Assembly (NCBI GenBank): GCA_001662655.1
Contig: KV460223.1
Direction: 5' to 3' (one strand)
From: Pseudogymnoascus verrucosus
Taxonomy: Eukaryota
DNA length: 64,000 nucleotides
Every line of letters begins with the position of its first letter. Position 1 is the stretch's first letter. The translations under genes and the position numbers were made by a program. Below are positions 37,526-49,530 of the stretch, piece after piece. The notes beneath the pieces were generated by a model that worked only from the letters and a program-made list of their open reading frames with translations, was not told the DNA's origin and searched no databases.

Positions 37526-38662
37526 ATGTTTTCCTCCATCATGAAGGCAGCCGTTGCTGCTACCGCCCTGTTCGGCGCCCCGGCCTTAGCTGGTCTCGGA
37601 AAGCCGACACTTTTCAAGGATGGTCTCTCGCCGCATGTAAACGCAGAGTTTATGCAGTACATGCCGTCAACTCCGAGCACCAGCGGCCCGTGGTCGTGGG
37701 GATGGATCCCAAAGCGTTGCGCTGACGAAGCAAACCGCGGCGACGTCAAATTCAGCTGGTACGACTTCGAAGTATTCAACGTCCAGTATGCGGATTGCGA
37801 GGAGGCTTGGATTTTCTGCAGACACACAAAGGCAGAGCTCTCGTCAGTATACCTGATATCCAGGAATGCGATTCCGTCGACGGTTCGAGGCTAACTTTCA
37901 TATTCTACAGTCAGAGCCAGCTGATCGATTACTTCGGTCGTTTACCAGTCCATGAGCGCCAGTCGGTCTCATACGTGATGGCAGTTCCAGGCGGTGGAAG
38001 CGCCTACGAGATCGGTGGCATGGTTGTCTTCCAGGGCAACACGGCTTCTGTTTCCGTATTCCAGCACGAGGTCGGACACGCTGTTGATGCATACAACAAC
38101 GCCGACGGGTCATCGAGCAGCACCAAGGAATTCTTGGATGCTATCGATGGTGATACTTGCGTTCCTGATGATTACGCCAACTCCAGTACGTAAAACCCCT
38201 TGTCCTATCATCACCGTATAGGCAGATAACTAACTCTCTGCAGGCAATGTTGAGGACTACACTCAAGTCGGTGTCCTCCTGATGTACAACACTGTTGTCC
38301 CAGGCGGACTTGACAAGATCGGCGCCGACTACAGCTGCCTTTCCAAGCAGCTGGCTGTTGTCGCTGCTCGTCAACAAGCAGCGATGGAGCTCGGCGGAAC
38401 ATGCACATGGCGCCAGACATACGGCGAGGTCATCAGCATGGGTCCAGCAAGTGGAAATAACAAGCGCTCTGTTGGCCCCAAGCCAGTCATGAACCTTGTG
38501 CCTGGCCACCCACTCGCCGTTGAGAAGGATATCAACCGTGGTGGTGAGGTTACCGTTTACAATAACATCATCTCCAACGAGGCTGAGGATGCCAAGGCGG
38601 CGCAGAAGCAGGCGGCGTGGAATGCAGTGGCAAGACACCGTGCTGTCAGGAGCACTATCTAG
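37526..38662 (+). CDS. Secreted Con-13-like protein with HExxH (HEVGH) zincin motif
   Basis: Signal peptide MFSSIMKAAVAATALFGAPALA; WSWGWIPKRC; FNVQYADCEEAWIFCRH; FGRLPV; HEVGH; DTCVPDDYANSS..VED. Two introns. Confidence 0.75.
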
Positions 38663-39077
38663 ATGATGGGGTTGGTGGTAAATAGGGACTGCTGTTTTCT
38701 ACTGCCATGATAGATTACGCATAGAGTGGTGTATGATAATACCTTCTAGAATATAATGATGCTCCCACGGTATCAACATCTTTCCAGCTCCGGTGAAGCA
38801 CGCCTTTCTGTGCGTAGACAACTCCTGGTTTGTCAAATCTTCCCAGAATAAAATAGATTCTCCTAAGCTACACTATTCTCGACCGTAGAGCCCTTGGTCC
38901 CTGAAAGGTTGAGATAAGGTTGTGGCTCCAAGATCACCTGACAGTAGATGTTGAGCAAAGTAGGCATGAGGCAAGAACGAGCAAAGTTAATAAAATAGAA
39001 TTGTATACGACTTCAATAAAACACATCTAATTGATCAGCACTGTCATAAATTATACTCTGTAAATCACCTGCCTGAT

Positions 39078-39944
39078 CTAAATCTGATCTGCACACCATC
39101 TAACCAGCCCCGCGATTTCATCTGAAACCACTGTTGTCCGCGGTACCTCATGACCTCCCCCATGATCATACCTCCTCGTATTGTCGCAAAAATGCGACAG
39201 CTGCATACTAGCCGGATATCTTGGATCCTTCGCCCCATAAATATTCACCGTAGGGATCTTGATCCTGATATCCTTCCTAAACGCCGTGAAATCCAATCCA
39301 TACACGTCATTTGCATCCGGGAACTTGTCGTGGTCATGAGATAGTTCTTCTCTATCGTAATCCCACAGCCCGAGTCCGATCTGGATTTGATCCGGTGAAT
39401 CAGCTAGCTTGGCGTATTTGGCGGTTTTGCTTTGCAGCTGGCGGCTAGTTTTCTCGTGGATCTCGTAGGCCTTTTTGGAGACGGAAAGGCCAAGATCCTC
39501 GAGTGCGGGGAGGGGGACACCGCCACAGATGAAAATTGCTGCTTTGAAAGGCAGTGGCTCGTTGGGTGTTTCTGCTGCGTGGTAGAGAATAAAGGTGGCT
39601 ATTAGAGCGCAGCCTTGGGAGAAGCAACATACGGCGTCATAGGGCCCATTTTCTGCCAAGTAGTTACGGAGCCACGCATGAGCTTCGCGGAATGAATCGA
39701 CTGTTGGCTTGGTCCAGAACGTGTAATTTGGCGGCTTGAACAGAGACTCGAACCCAGCGGTTGCGGGGCTTGGAAATGGGGCGTCGACAAAGTCGAACTC
39801 AAAGCTCGAGTCTAGCTTCGCCCGGAATGACTCTTAGGACGAATATTAGAAGAGATATGTTGGAAGTAGATATATCGGCTTACTGGTCTGAGATTCGAAA
39901 ATAGAGGCACTGGTGCCTTGTCCGTGGAGGCACAGAGTCTTCAT
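39078..39944 (-). CDS. FSH1/DUF341 serine hydrolase
   Basis: MKTLCLHGQGTSASIFESQT; FDFVDAPF; GPYDAVCCFSQG (nucleophile Ser); GAKDP; HGGGHEVP. One intron at 39883-39833. Confidence 0.9.
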
Positions 39945-41736
39945 GGTTCCTGTTGGACGGTATCACATTCACAAGAGATAAATTCAAATAAAACAGTATA
40001 ATTTCTCTTCAACAGAGGAAGTAAAAACCAACAGTGGTGTCGTTTGATAGAAAGCAAGGGACAATTTAGTTGTGCAGCTCTGACTATTATTGTCGCACGG
40101 CATTTCGGGGTATGACGAGTGTCTGCTGATTCGGTGAGGTGTTCGGGATATATACGGCACCCGACCGACGACTCTTTACTCCGGCTGCTAGAAAGGGAAA
40201 CAACAACCGGCCAGGGTCAGCACTATCAACCAATAAAGGAAATATAATTCGAATAGAAATTCAACTGGTTAACGAAGGAGCCAAGAAATGCGCTGGCACA
40301 ATGTGTGCTAGAGCACGTGGTTATCAAGGGCGGCTATGGAACAAATTACATCATCCTTTCAACATGAAGCTGTCCACCCTCCCCTTGCCTTATTTATCAC
40401 TTGATCCGAGCTGCCGGAACTGCAAGTAATATAGGTCGCCTATGCGTCTCGGAGGCCGGCAGGCTCAGTCATAGGTGCCAGTTTCACGCTCGTGGTCTAC
40501 AGACGTCAAAACAGCAAGTAGCCACATGGATACTTGTGCGTTAAATATAAGAGGTAAGGAGTGATGATACAATGCAGGCTCAACCACTCTAGGTCATCAA
40601 TAGAGTGCATTTAAAGCACTTGGGCCTCTGTGGAGTAGGTAGGGGATTTATTTATTGTAGATGGCCCGCTCTACTAAAAAGAAAAAACGAGCAAGCCTAA
40701 ATTGCCTATAATACCATATCATCATATAAAAGGAGCTAGGATTTCACAAGATAGTAAGTTATACATCTATATTTATTTTAATGCCCTCAAGTTTCTGTTA
40801 TTGTGTTTGAAGTGAAATTAAATTAAATAAAGGGCTTGATAATAATGATTGTATAAGACTGATCTAAAAATATTTTATCAAACTATTTAAAAGCTCATTA
40901 GTAACAAATATTATTATTATTTATTTTAGCTCCTATTTTATAAGAATATTACTCTTATTTACCCAAGCTCGCATTTCTTTGTTTGCATTATCTTTTATCT
41001 CTTCGTCATCCGCAGTGTCATGGCTTAGGCTTGAGACATCTGCGACGCAACACTAGTTATTTACTATCAATCATGTTCTTAATCGACGGTAAGCAATGAG
41101 ACTGGTGGGTTGCTGCATATTTCTTTCAATTCATTAGCTATGATATTTCAGAAGCTTAATCCCAAAAATCCATCCATATTGGCTACCCCGCGTTAACCCC
41201 TCGAGGGAACCCCTTGCTTCAGCAGCTGTGATAGAGCTGTACCATTCCAATCATGTCAGACTCACCGCTCAGATATCATATCAAGATCTGCCGATGATCT
41301 AAACGAGCTGTTCTTGTGAGTTTTCTATTGTATGTCCACCAACAGTATGGCATGAAAATTGCTCTTATTGAAGTCTGGTTGAAGCTAGGTCGTCGTCCTA
41401 GGCAGTCGATTCCCCCCTCCCCTCCCCCCCAGCTATAAAAGTAGTTAGCAACCCACTCCATAAGCAACTCCGCTTCCGTTTCCTTCTTACACACTCTGAT
41501 CTCACTTTCGGTGCCCTTCTGACACTGATCAATCCCACTTCTACTCTCCACACTCACCAAACCCACGCCTACTCTCCAACACTGATCGAACCTACACCTA
41601 CTTTTCAACACTGACAGTCAGTCAACAACCAAACAAAAACATCCTTCATCCAAGTAAATATAACAACCTATTCTACCACTTTAATCTAACAACCTTCAGA
41701 TCAGAATCAACAACTTCCACGCAAAACACCACCAAA

Positions 41737-42126
41737 ATGGCTCTCATCAAGTTCCTCGTCACCGCCCTCGCGGCCACCCTCATGTTCACTTCATCCGTCC
41801 TGGCCAACCCAATTCCAGCCCTCACCGATGCGACCACCACCCCAGATACCACTGCCAACCATCTCGAGAAGCGCACTTGCAACGAATTCGGATGCGGCCT
41901 CAAGTGCAAGAGCTCTATCCCCTGCAACATCCCGATCAACGAGCCCCGCGACTGCTCCGTCTGCAACTATTTCACCTACGCTGCTGATGGCACAGCTGTA
42001 AGTCCTAACGCTCCTTTGGGAGATTGTGGTGAGAAACTTTGCTAATTATGTGTATAGAAGCTGCTTTGGGATCGTCAGTGTCTCTTGATCCAGTGGGATG
42101 TGGATCCCCCTCTGTCTCATTGCTAG
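41737..42126 (+). CDS. Small secreted Cys-rich peptide with prepro region and Kex2 site (antimicrobial/effector-like)
   Basis: Signal peptide MALIKFLVTALAATLMFTSSVLA; pro-region ending LEKR; mature TCNEFGCGLKCKSSIPC...CSVC. Probable GTAAGT..CTAAT..TAG intron at 41998-42057; the unspliced frame stops at 42045. Confidence 0.8.
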
Positions 42127-42501
42127 GAGCCAAGTCATTTTCGATTCACCCGGCGAGGGCGTGGCACAGGCTGCGGTTCTCGGGCATGGGAATGGAGTCG
42201 ATGCTTGTGTGCAGATCTGGTTTGCTGGCACTTAATGCTTGTGCGATGGATGCCTGCGTTGTAGAGTCATCATGACTGCTACATTACGAGATAGGACCGA
42301 CTTATGGAAGCTATGAGACCCAAAAAGAAATGAGAAATGAATGACTTTGATTTGATTTCATGCTTCGTGATATTTCTATATGTTCTAGTGAGATGCAAAT
42401 GCAAATATGTGACACAGATTCTATCTGCGTATCAAACCTAAAATATATCGTGTAGTACGTACCCCATCCACACATACATGTCCCCATATGAACTTTTATA
42501 C

Positions 42502-45500
42502 CTATGATTTTTCCTTCTTTACGTCATCTACCACCGTAGGGGGCCCCGGTATCTCGATGCCCCTCTTCTCATAAGTCATTCCCAAGTATGCATCGCTCAC
42601 AACAAAGACGTCGATCTTCCTCGCCCTCAAATCTCCGCCTGGTAACTTCATGGATGCCCTGGCCACGGGTCTGCTTCCCACAGAAACGGTATTTTTGCCA
42701 TTGGCATTTCTCCCTACACTCCACCCAACACGCTTAACCGCAAGTACCTCATCAGCGCCGCTGTCGGCAAGGACAACGAACCAACCCTCTGTCTGTGGCT
42801 TGGGGAAGAGTGGAGTGTAAACGCGGCCATCGCGGTTGACTATGGGGTTCTGGCGCGATAACACGACAGTTAAGCCAAGAGCTGTGATGTCAGACACCTT
42901 GACATCTACGTTAGGCAGGATCGAAGCCGCCTTAATAAATGCAGATCGGGTCGCATGGTTGTCGGCAACCATCTGGGATAGGCTTTCGATGCCAGCGGGC
43001 GGCAAACGGCTCAACTCCATCAGCGACGAAGGTAGCGCTTTCGACTTTTGGGATTTGGGGGGGATCCCACCAATATCCACTCCTGGAAGGATGCTCAGGG
43101 GATTGTCTGTGGGCCAACGAGCAGATTTAATACACTGAAGTAGTGTCATCATCTGAAGCGTGCTGGAGAGGTAGCCCATCTCAACAAGGGTATCGATGCT
43201 GGCCTGCATAATACGGATGGACTGGTCGAGAACACTGTTTGAATCTCCAATGTAATCCGATAACGGCAACTCGATCCGGCTCATGTGAGACTGGAGGAGC
43301 AAGAATGACTTGACATGCGGGTCCCAAAGAGGCAGGTTGCCGAATGACTTGGCATCTATGGGGAGATTCTTTGCTAACTCTCCGTTGATGAGGTCTTCAT
43401 TGTGACGGACTGGCAATTCGTCATATTCGGTGGCAGACGACATCCAGAATAGAACATCTTCGAATGTAGCGCCACGTTTGGCATGCTTGACGAGATGACG
43501 GATGGTGTGGTGGGAGAGATAGTAGTATGACATGATCTTTCCCAGGGGCGTTGGGTCGACGTTTCCGTTGGGATAAAGCTCCAAACACTGTGACTCCGCA
43601 AGCTCTGCTAGGGAGCTATCAACCATCTGGATCATATAGTCATTTGCCATTTGTTGTGCTGTGGTAGTGTTGTGATCTTCAGCAGACAGCTCAAGACCAT
43701 AATAAGACGGGTTCTTGTGCAGACGGCGGAAGAAGAATGTCCACGTGAGGTAGTCCAAAGCGTCTTGGACAGTAGCGATGGTTCCGGCCGAGACCTCGGC
43801 ACCCAAATGGTTGTCGAGGACCTTGTGGAGCGTTGATTCTACTGGGAAGCCCGTGTGCAGGAAGTGCTTGTAGAAATCCTTCTTCGAATCCTGTGTAAAG
43901 ATGCGGGCAATACCGGTCGTATCGAATTGCGGCCGACCTGCTCTACCAAGCATTTGCAAGACATCCGTCAAATCCATGTCCTTGTATCCTTCAATCTTTG
44001 CGTCGAAGAACTGAGTCCCCTTCACTACGACGAGATGGGCGGGAAGATTGACACCCCAAGCGAGGGTGCTGGTAGCGATCAGGATTTGGATTTTATTGTT
44101 GGCGAAGAGCTCCTCCGACAGAGACCGATCAGATTCAACCAGACCAGCATGATGCAGCCCGATGCCAAAGCTGAGCGATTCCTTCAGTGTATCATCCTTG
44201 ACTCTCGCGAGGTTAAGTTGCAAATCGTCTTCAGACATTTTGAGGAAACGCCTCGGGTTGTCTTCCATGCCGCAGAAGTTGATGAGGTCCTTTGCTGTAA
44301 GTCGAGTCTGTCGGCGAGATGCGACGAAGACAATAACGGGCTTGTCCGGAGAATGAGTCTTGATGGCGAGGAATGTTGGCCGATTCATCGTTTGCATCAA
44401 CGGGCAGAAGCCGCGTACTTCAGGAAAGCCGTCGATGAATATCTCAAGGGGTACAGGTCGGACGGAATGCCTGAAATTAAACAAACCTTCCTTGACTCCG
44501 AGCCAGTTTCCAAGATCCATAGCGTTCGCACAAGCAGTCGACATACCCATCAGTCGAACCGTGCTCTTAGACTGCGAAGCAATGTAGTTCATTCGAGAAA
44601 CAATGATTTCGAGAATAGGACCACGATCACCACCGAGAAGATGGATTTCATCAATAATCACCAAGCTTACTTGTCGAACGTAGCCTCTTGTCTGCCAACT
44701 ACGAGATATACCATCCCACTTCTCAGGCGTCGTAATGATGAGATCTGCGTCGCGAATTGTACGTGTATCAGGAGTATTGTCACCAGTTAACTCGACAAGT
44801 TTCAAGCCGAGAGGCCCTGTAAGGCGAGGATGCCAATCCTTGACACGCTCTCGAACGAGAGCCTTCATAGGTGCAATATACACGACTTTTGACCCAGGAT
44901 TGTCTCGTAGGGACTGCCAGACTGCCAACTCGCAAGCAACAGTCTTTCCACTACCAGTAGGAGAACCCAGTAAAACGTTTGTTGACGTGTGATACAGGCA
45001 GTGGAAGAGCTGAGTCTGCATAGGGTTGAAGAATTGGAAGCGCTTGCTATATATCTCTTCCAACATGGGGTTCTTGAGTGCTGTTACAGGCAGAGGTTGT
45101 AGGGATAGCAGATCGGTGTACTTGCTTTCGGTTTCTGGCCGAATCAGGTGCTGGAAGGAAACGGGTGTGACTGTTTCGACTCCCAACCACCTGTCAGACA
45201 CAGCTCGGACATATATTTGAGACGGGAGAGGGTCCTGAAGAGGGATGGTGAAGTCGAGATAGTGCTCCTCGTGCATTTTCCTCCTGTTCAGTATGAAGAA
45301 CTCGTTGTGGTATATCTCAGACGTTTCAGAGTTCTCAACCCAAATATAATATGGTTCTGAAGACCCATTATGGCGGTCATTCCAGCGGAAGTCAGGTGTC
45401 AGAGTGAGATGGATTCTCAAGACGTCTCTGTTGAGAGGCGCTATTTCGCACTCTACACTTATCGTGGGGAAGTTTTCAAGAATGCGAGCAATCTTGCTTC

Positions 45501-48426
45501 CGGCACCATGGTTGTGCACCAACGAGCCGATTTCGGCAGACTCCATGTCCCGTAAAGCCTCTATGGAAGTCGAGGCACCCTTATCATCGAGCTGCCTCAA
45601 GACGGGTAGAGGAAGCTCGAACTGATGAAGGGGGTGCTGGAATGGCCAGATCCGTTTGTCTATAGACTTGCATAGAGAGAGTATAACTAGACACTGGTAA
45701 CCCCATTTCCTATTCAAGGCGATTTTGAACAAGGCTTTGCACACTCGCGCCGCCTGCTGTGCAATGTAGAATGTGTCGCTGGACAAGGCGAAATCTTCAA
45801 TCCGCGCGCGTGAGACATGGGATTGAAGGAGAATGTTAGTCTTGGTCTGCGGAGAATCGATGCCACCTCCAACATCGCAAGGGGCAAACTCGTCTCGTAG
45901 TCGCACCAGTTCATCGGACTCACTGTCACGAGACTGAATGTTATCAAATTCGCCGCACATACTAATCATCTTCAAAACATCGGCCTCGGATGCAAGGGGC
46001 GCCATCATCGTGTTGAAGATCTGAACACTGGTATGTAAAAGGTAGAACTCGCTCGCAATGCGTCCGACATCCTTACTCTTCAGTTCCTCGGTTACCTCAT
46101 TGAAGATAATCATCTGGCTCTGGTGGAGAGTCCGAGCTGCGTTGATAATGAGCTGACGCCTGCGTTGAACCAACGTCGGATCATCTCTGATCTCAGCCCA
46201 GTCTATACCATAGGTCATTGGGGCTATCTTCATGCGCTGGAAGAGATACGAGTATCCCAACCACTGCACGGCTTCTGGAACCGACGTCACCGTCCCCAGG
46301 GCGATTTCGGCATTTAGATTGTCGACCATCTTGGCACTGAACCTGGATTCGATGGGTTGTTGCTGAGTAACAGCACTCAGATAGTGATGTAACTTGTCAT
46401 GGCTGGTACAGATCATACCGATACCCGTGTCTTGAAATTGCGGTCGTCCTGCACGACCAAAGATTTGGAGAACGTCCAGAATTCCCAAGTCTACAAATTT
46501 GCCCTCTTGGGCGCTGTAGATCTGGGTTCCCTTGATGACTACTGCAGCGGCTGGAAGATTAACACCCCACGCAAGCGTAGCCGTACAGCAGAGCACTTTC
46601 ATGACTCCCTGTGAGAACAGCCGCTCAGTAAGGTTACGATCTGATCTCTGCATACCAGCATGATGGATTCCCATGCCTTTGGGGAGAAGCTCTCTCAGTT
46701 CCCTCCCCTTCGAAGTTTTCATTTCCCTCGTGGCAGCTTCATACTGAGGATGCTCTCTGGGATCAAAAAGATCCGCACAGCCATCATCGGTGGCCTTTTC
46801 GAAGAGCATCTTTGATGTGTTGAATGTATCTTTTCGAGTGTGGACGAAAACCATGACCTGATGGCCGAGTTCCAACATATCCTTGACCTTTTCAAAGCAG
46901 GTCTCGTCAATGTTATCTCGAGACTTTTTTGTTCCGGCCTTGCCCTTGACACCAATGAAATGCTGCTCTAGGGGGACTGGACGAAAGGAGGCATCAAAAT
47001 AAAAGAGGCCAGCATATCGATTGACTTTGAGAAAGTCCGCTACGTCAACATAGTTGGGTAGCGTTGCAGAAAGACCAACCATCCGAATAAGTGACTGTGT
47101 GCTTTCCACCTGTCGCGCCGTACGTGCCACAAGAGATTCGATAACAGCTCCACGTTCGTCGTGCAGCATATGAACTTCATCAATAATCAACAGGCGTACC
47201 TTTTGGACTAGCTCAGTATCGCCCGAGCCTTTCCTTGTCACGACATCCCACTTTTCAGGTGTGGTGACAATGATTTGGGTATGGACGATCTCCTGCTTCG
47301 TCAAGTGCATATCACCCGTAAATTCCCTGACTTGAATTCCCAACCATGCAAGGCGCGAGCCGAGTTTCTGGGTAATTTCCGCTGCCAAAGCCTTCATTGG
47401 GGCGACGTACACGATTTTGAAGTCCGCCGTGGCGACGGTAAAATCTTGTGCATCTGGGGACTCTGCTGGATTGGGCGTGGTGTTCTGGCCGATTGCATGT
47501 AATATGGTGAGCATGGCTGCGTCGGTCTTACCAGCACCGGTGGGCGCGCATATAAGCATGTTCTCGTTTGTCTTGTATGCAACGGGATACACCAGACTTT
47601 GCATCCTATTGAGCGTTTTGTATCCCTTAAACGTTCCCTTGCACAGCTGGTCCATTTCTGAGATCTGAACCAGCTTCCGGCCAAGTCCCAGCGTCCCGAC
47701 CTTTCCGGCTGGGATGGAGAACTCTTCATATCGCTCATGCTCCGTCCTCTCACTTCCCATGGGCAACCCATACTTGTGGCCGGACGAGCTCAGGGTATTT
47801 CCAGCAGAGTGAGCCTTGTAAACGTGAGGATATTGCGGCCCATCTCTGTCCAGTTTGGGACCGAGAGTAGCATGCTTGTGCTCGTAGTCATTTCTCCGCA
47901 GCTGTGCGTCTCTCTCCTTTCTCGTAAGCAGCCTCCCACTGAGTAGCCCGTCTGTTTGGTCAGCAACTCGAGGGGCAGCTGCTATCTCTTTGCGATGCGA
48001 GATTAACTCGATAAGGAAATCAAAATCGTCATATCCAATAACATCCGTCAGTGCTGACTGCAGCTCTTCGTCGGATATATCTGAGACAAGCAACGAGACG
48101 ATCTGCTCTTGCAGAGTTTCTGCACTGAGTCCACCTTTACTTGCCGCAAAGGCCGAACATTTGGCCTGGATCCATTCTGGTCCATAAACTCCGTCTTCGA
48201 CGGCAGGCGGCAGCGCGTCCTCTTCAAAGCCGCTGCTGTACTCGTCTGCCTCTGTGTCGTCGATGAAGTCCCACACATCATCTCCGCTGTTGAGGGAGTC
48301 TGAGAGCTCTTCATAGTCTAGGCTGTAGGGCTGATTAGAAGTTGGCAGTTTAAGATCCGCCAAAGCCGCTCTCATAGTCGATAGCTGCGCTATCCATTGC
48401 GACTCCGCCAGCTTTGCTGTAGCCAT
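42502..48426 (-). CDS. SLH1: Ski2-like tandem helicase Slh1/Rqt2 (ASCC3 orthologue)
   Basis: Two helicase cassettes (APTGAGKT..DEVH and SPTGSGKT..DEIH), each followed by a Sec63 domain. Probable start MATAKLAESQW at 48426. Intronless. Confidence 0.93.
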   Translation of the reverse strand: MATAKLAESQWIAQLSTMRAALADLKLPTSNQPYSLDYEELSDSLNSGDDVWDFIDDTEADEYSSGFEEDALPPAVEDGVYGPEWIQAKCSAFAASKGGLSAETLQEQIVSLLVSDISDEELQSALTDVIGYDDFDFLIELISHRKEIAAAPRVADQTDGLLSGRLLTRKERDAQLRRNDYEHKHATLGPKLDRDGPQYPHVYKAHSAGNTLSSSGHKYGLPMGSERTEHERYEEFSIPAGKVGTLGLGRKLVQISEMDQLCKGTFKGYKTLNRMQSLVYPVAYKTNENMLICAPTGAGKTDAAMLTILHAIGQNTTPNPAESPDAQDFTVATADFKIVYVAPMKALAAEITQKLGSRLAWLGIQVREFTGDMHLTKQEIVHTQIIVTTPEKWDVVTRKGSGDTELVQKVRLLIIDEVHMLHDERGAVIESLVARTARQVESTQSLIRMVGLSATLPNYVDVADFLKVNRYAGLFYFDASFRPVPLEQHFIGVKGKAGTKKSRDNIDETCFEKVKDMLELGHQVMVFVHTRKDTFNTSKMLFEKATDDGCADLFDPREHPQYEAATREMKTSKGRELRELLPKGMGIHHAGMQRSDRNLTERLFSQGVMKVLCCTATLAWGVNLPAAAVVIKGTQIYSAQEGKFVDLGILDVLQIFGRAGRPQFQDTGIGMICTSHDKLHHYLSAVTQQQPIESRFSAKMVDNLNAEIALGTVTSVPEAVQWLGYSYLFQRMKIAPMTYGIDWAEIRDDPTLVQRRRQLIINAARTLHQSQMIIFNEVTEELKSKDVGRIASEFYLLHTSVQIFNTMMAPLASEADVLKMISMCGEFDNIQSRDSESDELVRLRDEFAPCDVGGGIDSPQTKTNILLQSHVSRARIEDFALSSDTFYIAQQAARVCKALFKIALNRKWGYQCLVILSLCKSIDKRIWPFQHPLHQFELPLPVLRQLDDKGASTSIEALRDMESAEIGSLVHNHGAGSKIARILENFPTISVECEIAPLNRDVLRIHLTLTPDFRWNDRHNGSSEPYYIWVENSETSEIYHNEFFILNRRKMHEEHYLDFTIPLQDPLPSQIYVRAVSDRWLGVETVTPVSFQHLIRPETESKYTDLLSLQPLPVTALKNPMLEEIYSKRFQFFNPMQTQLFHCLYHTSTNVLLGSPTGSGKTVACELAVWQSLRDNPGSKVVYIAPMKALVRERVKDWHPRLTGPLGLKLVELTGDNTPDTRTIRDADLIITTPEKWDGISRSWQTRGYVRQVSLVIIDEIHLLGGDRGPILEIIVSRMNYIASQSKSTVRLMGMSTACANAMDLGNWLGVKEGLFNFRHSVRPVPLEIFIDGFPEVRGFCPLMQTMNRPTFLAIKTHSPDKPVIVFVASRRQTRLTAKDLINFCGMEDNPRRFLKMSEDDLQLNLARVKDDTLKESLSFGIGLHHAGLVESDRSLSEELFANNKIQILIATSTLAWGVNLPAHLVVVKGTQFFDAKIEGYKDMDLTDVLQMLGRAGRPQFDTTGIARIFTQDSKKDFYKHFLHTGFPVESTLHKVLDNHLGAEVSAGTIATVQDALDYLTWTFFFRRLHKNPSYYGLELSAEDHNTTTAQQMANDYMIQMVDSSLAELAESQCLELYPNGNVDPTPLGKIMSYYYLSHHTIRHLVKHAKRGATFEDVLFWMSSATEYDELPVRHNEDLINGELAKNLPIDAKSFGNLPLWDPHVKSFLLLQSHMSRIELPLSDYIGDSNSVLDQSIRIMQASIDTLVEMGYLSSTLQMMTLLQCIKSARWPTDNPLSILPGVDIGGIPPKSQKSKALPSSLMELSRLPPAGIESLSQMVADNHATRSAFIKAASILPNVDVKVSDITALGLTVVLSRQNPIVNRDGRVYTPLFPKPQTEGWFVVLADSGADEVLAVKRVGWSVGRNANGKNTVSVGSRPVARASMKLPGGDLRARKIDVFVVSDAYLGMTYEKRGIEIPGPPTVVDDVKKEKS

Positions 48427-48779
48427 GTCGTATATGTGTACACCGATGTCTATGGTGGGGTATGTTTGACGTTTGGAGCTTGAAGTCGTAGCCAACGCAC
48501 ATGCACCGGAATACGCCCGACACAACAAGAAGGGACTTTTGATAACCTCTATAGACGCTCCGCTAAATTTCTGTATCAAAATGTAAATGCTGTAAGTAAG
48601 TTCAAGATTCAAATCTTTGTCTTGTTGAATTCTTGATCATGTGACCTGACTCAGAAAGTTGATGCCTCGGATCTTGCCGCGGGGCGGTCAGGGTCGAAAC
48701 GTCACAGGCCACAGGCCCTCATTGTTTGCGCCTACAGCATCGCTTCTCCAAACATAACCACCCACTCTACACCACCAAG

Positions 48780-49530
48780 ATGAAGCTATTTTACATTGGA
48801 ATCTTTAAGAATGCCGAGAAGCCAGCGCATGAGTTGGTTTCCGCAAAAGATACCAGTTCCTTTAGCTTCTGGGAGAGGTCGACGTAAGGAACCCCTCCAA
48901 CAACTGCACGGAGGTCGAGCTAACTATGATTTAGGGTGAGCGAGTTCATGACTTTCTTCAGCAAGACAGTCGCCGAAAGTAAAGATGCTGCGCCTGGAAA
49001 ACGCCAGGAGATCTACGAAGGTAGGGCGACAGAGAAAGCAGTCTGAGGTTAATCTAACGGAGACCAGGGCCATACAAGTTCCACAGTCTTGGGCACAACA
49101 CCGGGATTGTGGGCATAATCATGTCAGACCACGAATATCCGCTATTAGTTGCACAGTCGCTGCTCAACAAGGTCCTCGACGAATTTACTGCCAAGTACCC
49201 GCGGTCGACCTGGTCCAACTCGAACCCCACACTTGAATTCCCGGACTTAACATCATACCTGGCGAAGTACCAAGATCCTCAACAGGCGGATAACATCATG
49301 AAGATCCAGAAGGAGCTGGATGAGACAAAGGTCATTCTGCACAAGACGATCGAGAGCGTGCTGGAGCGTGGCGAGAAGATAGATGATTTGGTAGCGAAGA
49401 GCCAGGGTTTGAGCGACACGAGCAGGATGTTCTATAGTAAGTTGCGCCCCGGAATTCTTGCCGGGCCGTCTCTAACAATCAATCTCTAGCCAAGGCGAAG
49501 CAACAGAACTCGTGCTGTGTATTGATGTAA
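48780..49530 (+). CDS. YKT6: R-SNARE Ykt6
   Basis: Longin MKLFYIGI...; YQDPQQADNIMKIQKELDETKVILHKTIESVLERGEKIDDLV; C-terminal CCVLM prenylation motif. Three introns. Confidence 0.96.

Noticed and set aside
43855..44790. 311-aa ORF on the + strand
   Set aside because: It is antisense to SLH1, has no motifs, and is explained by codon bias.
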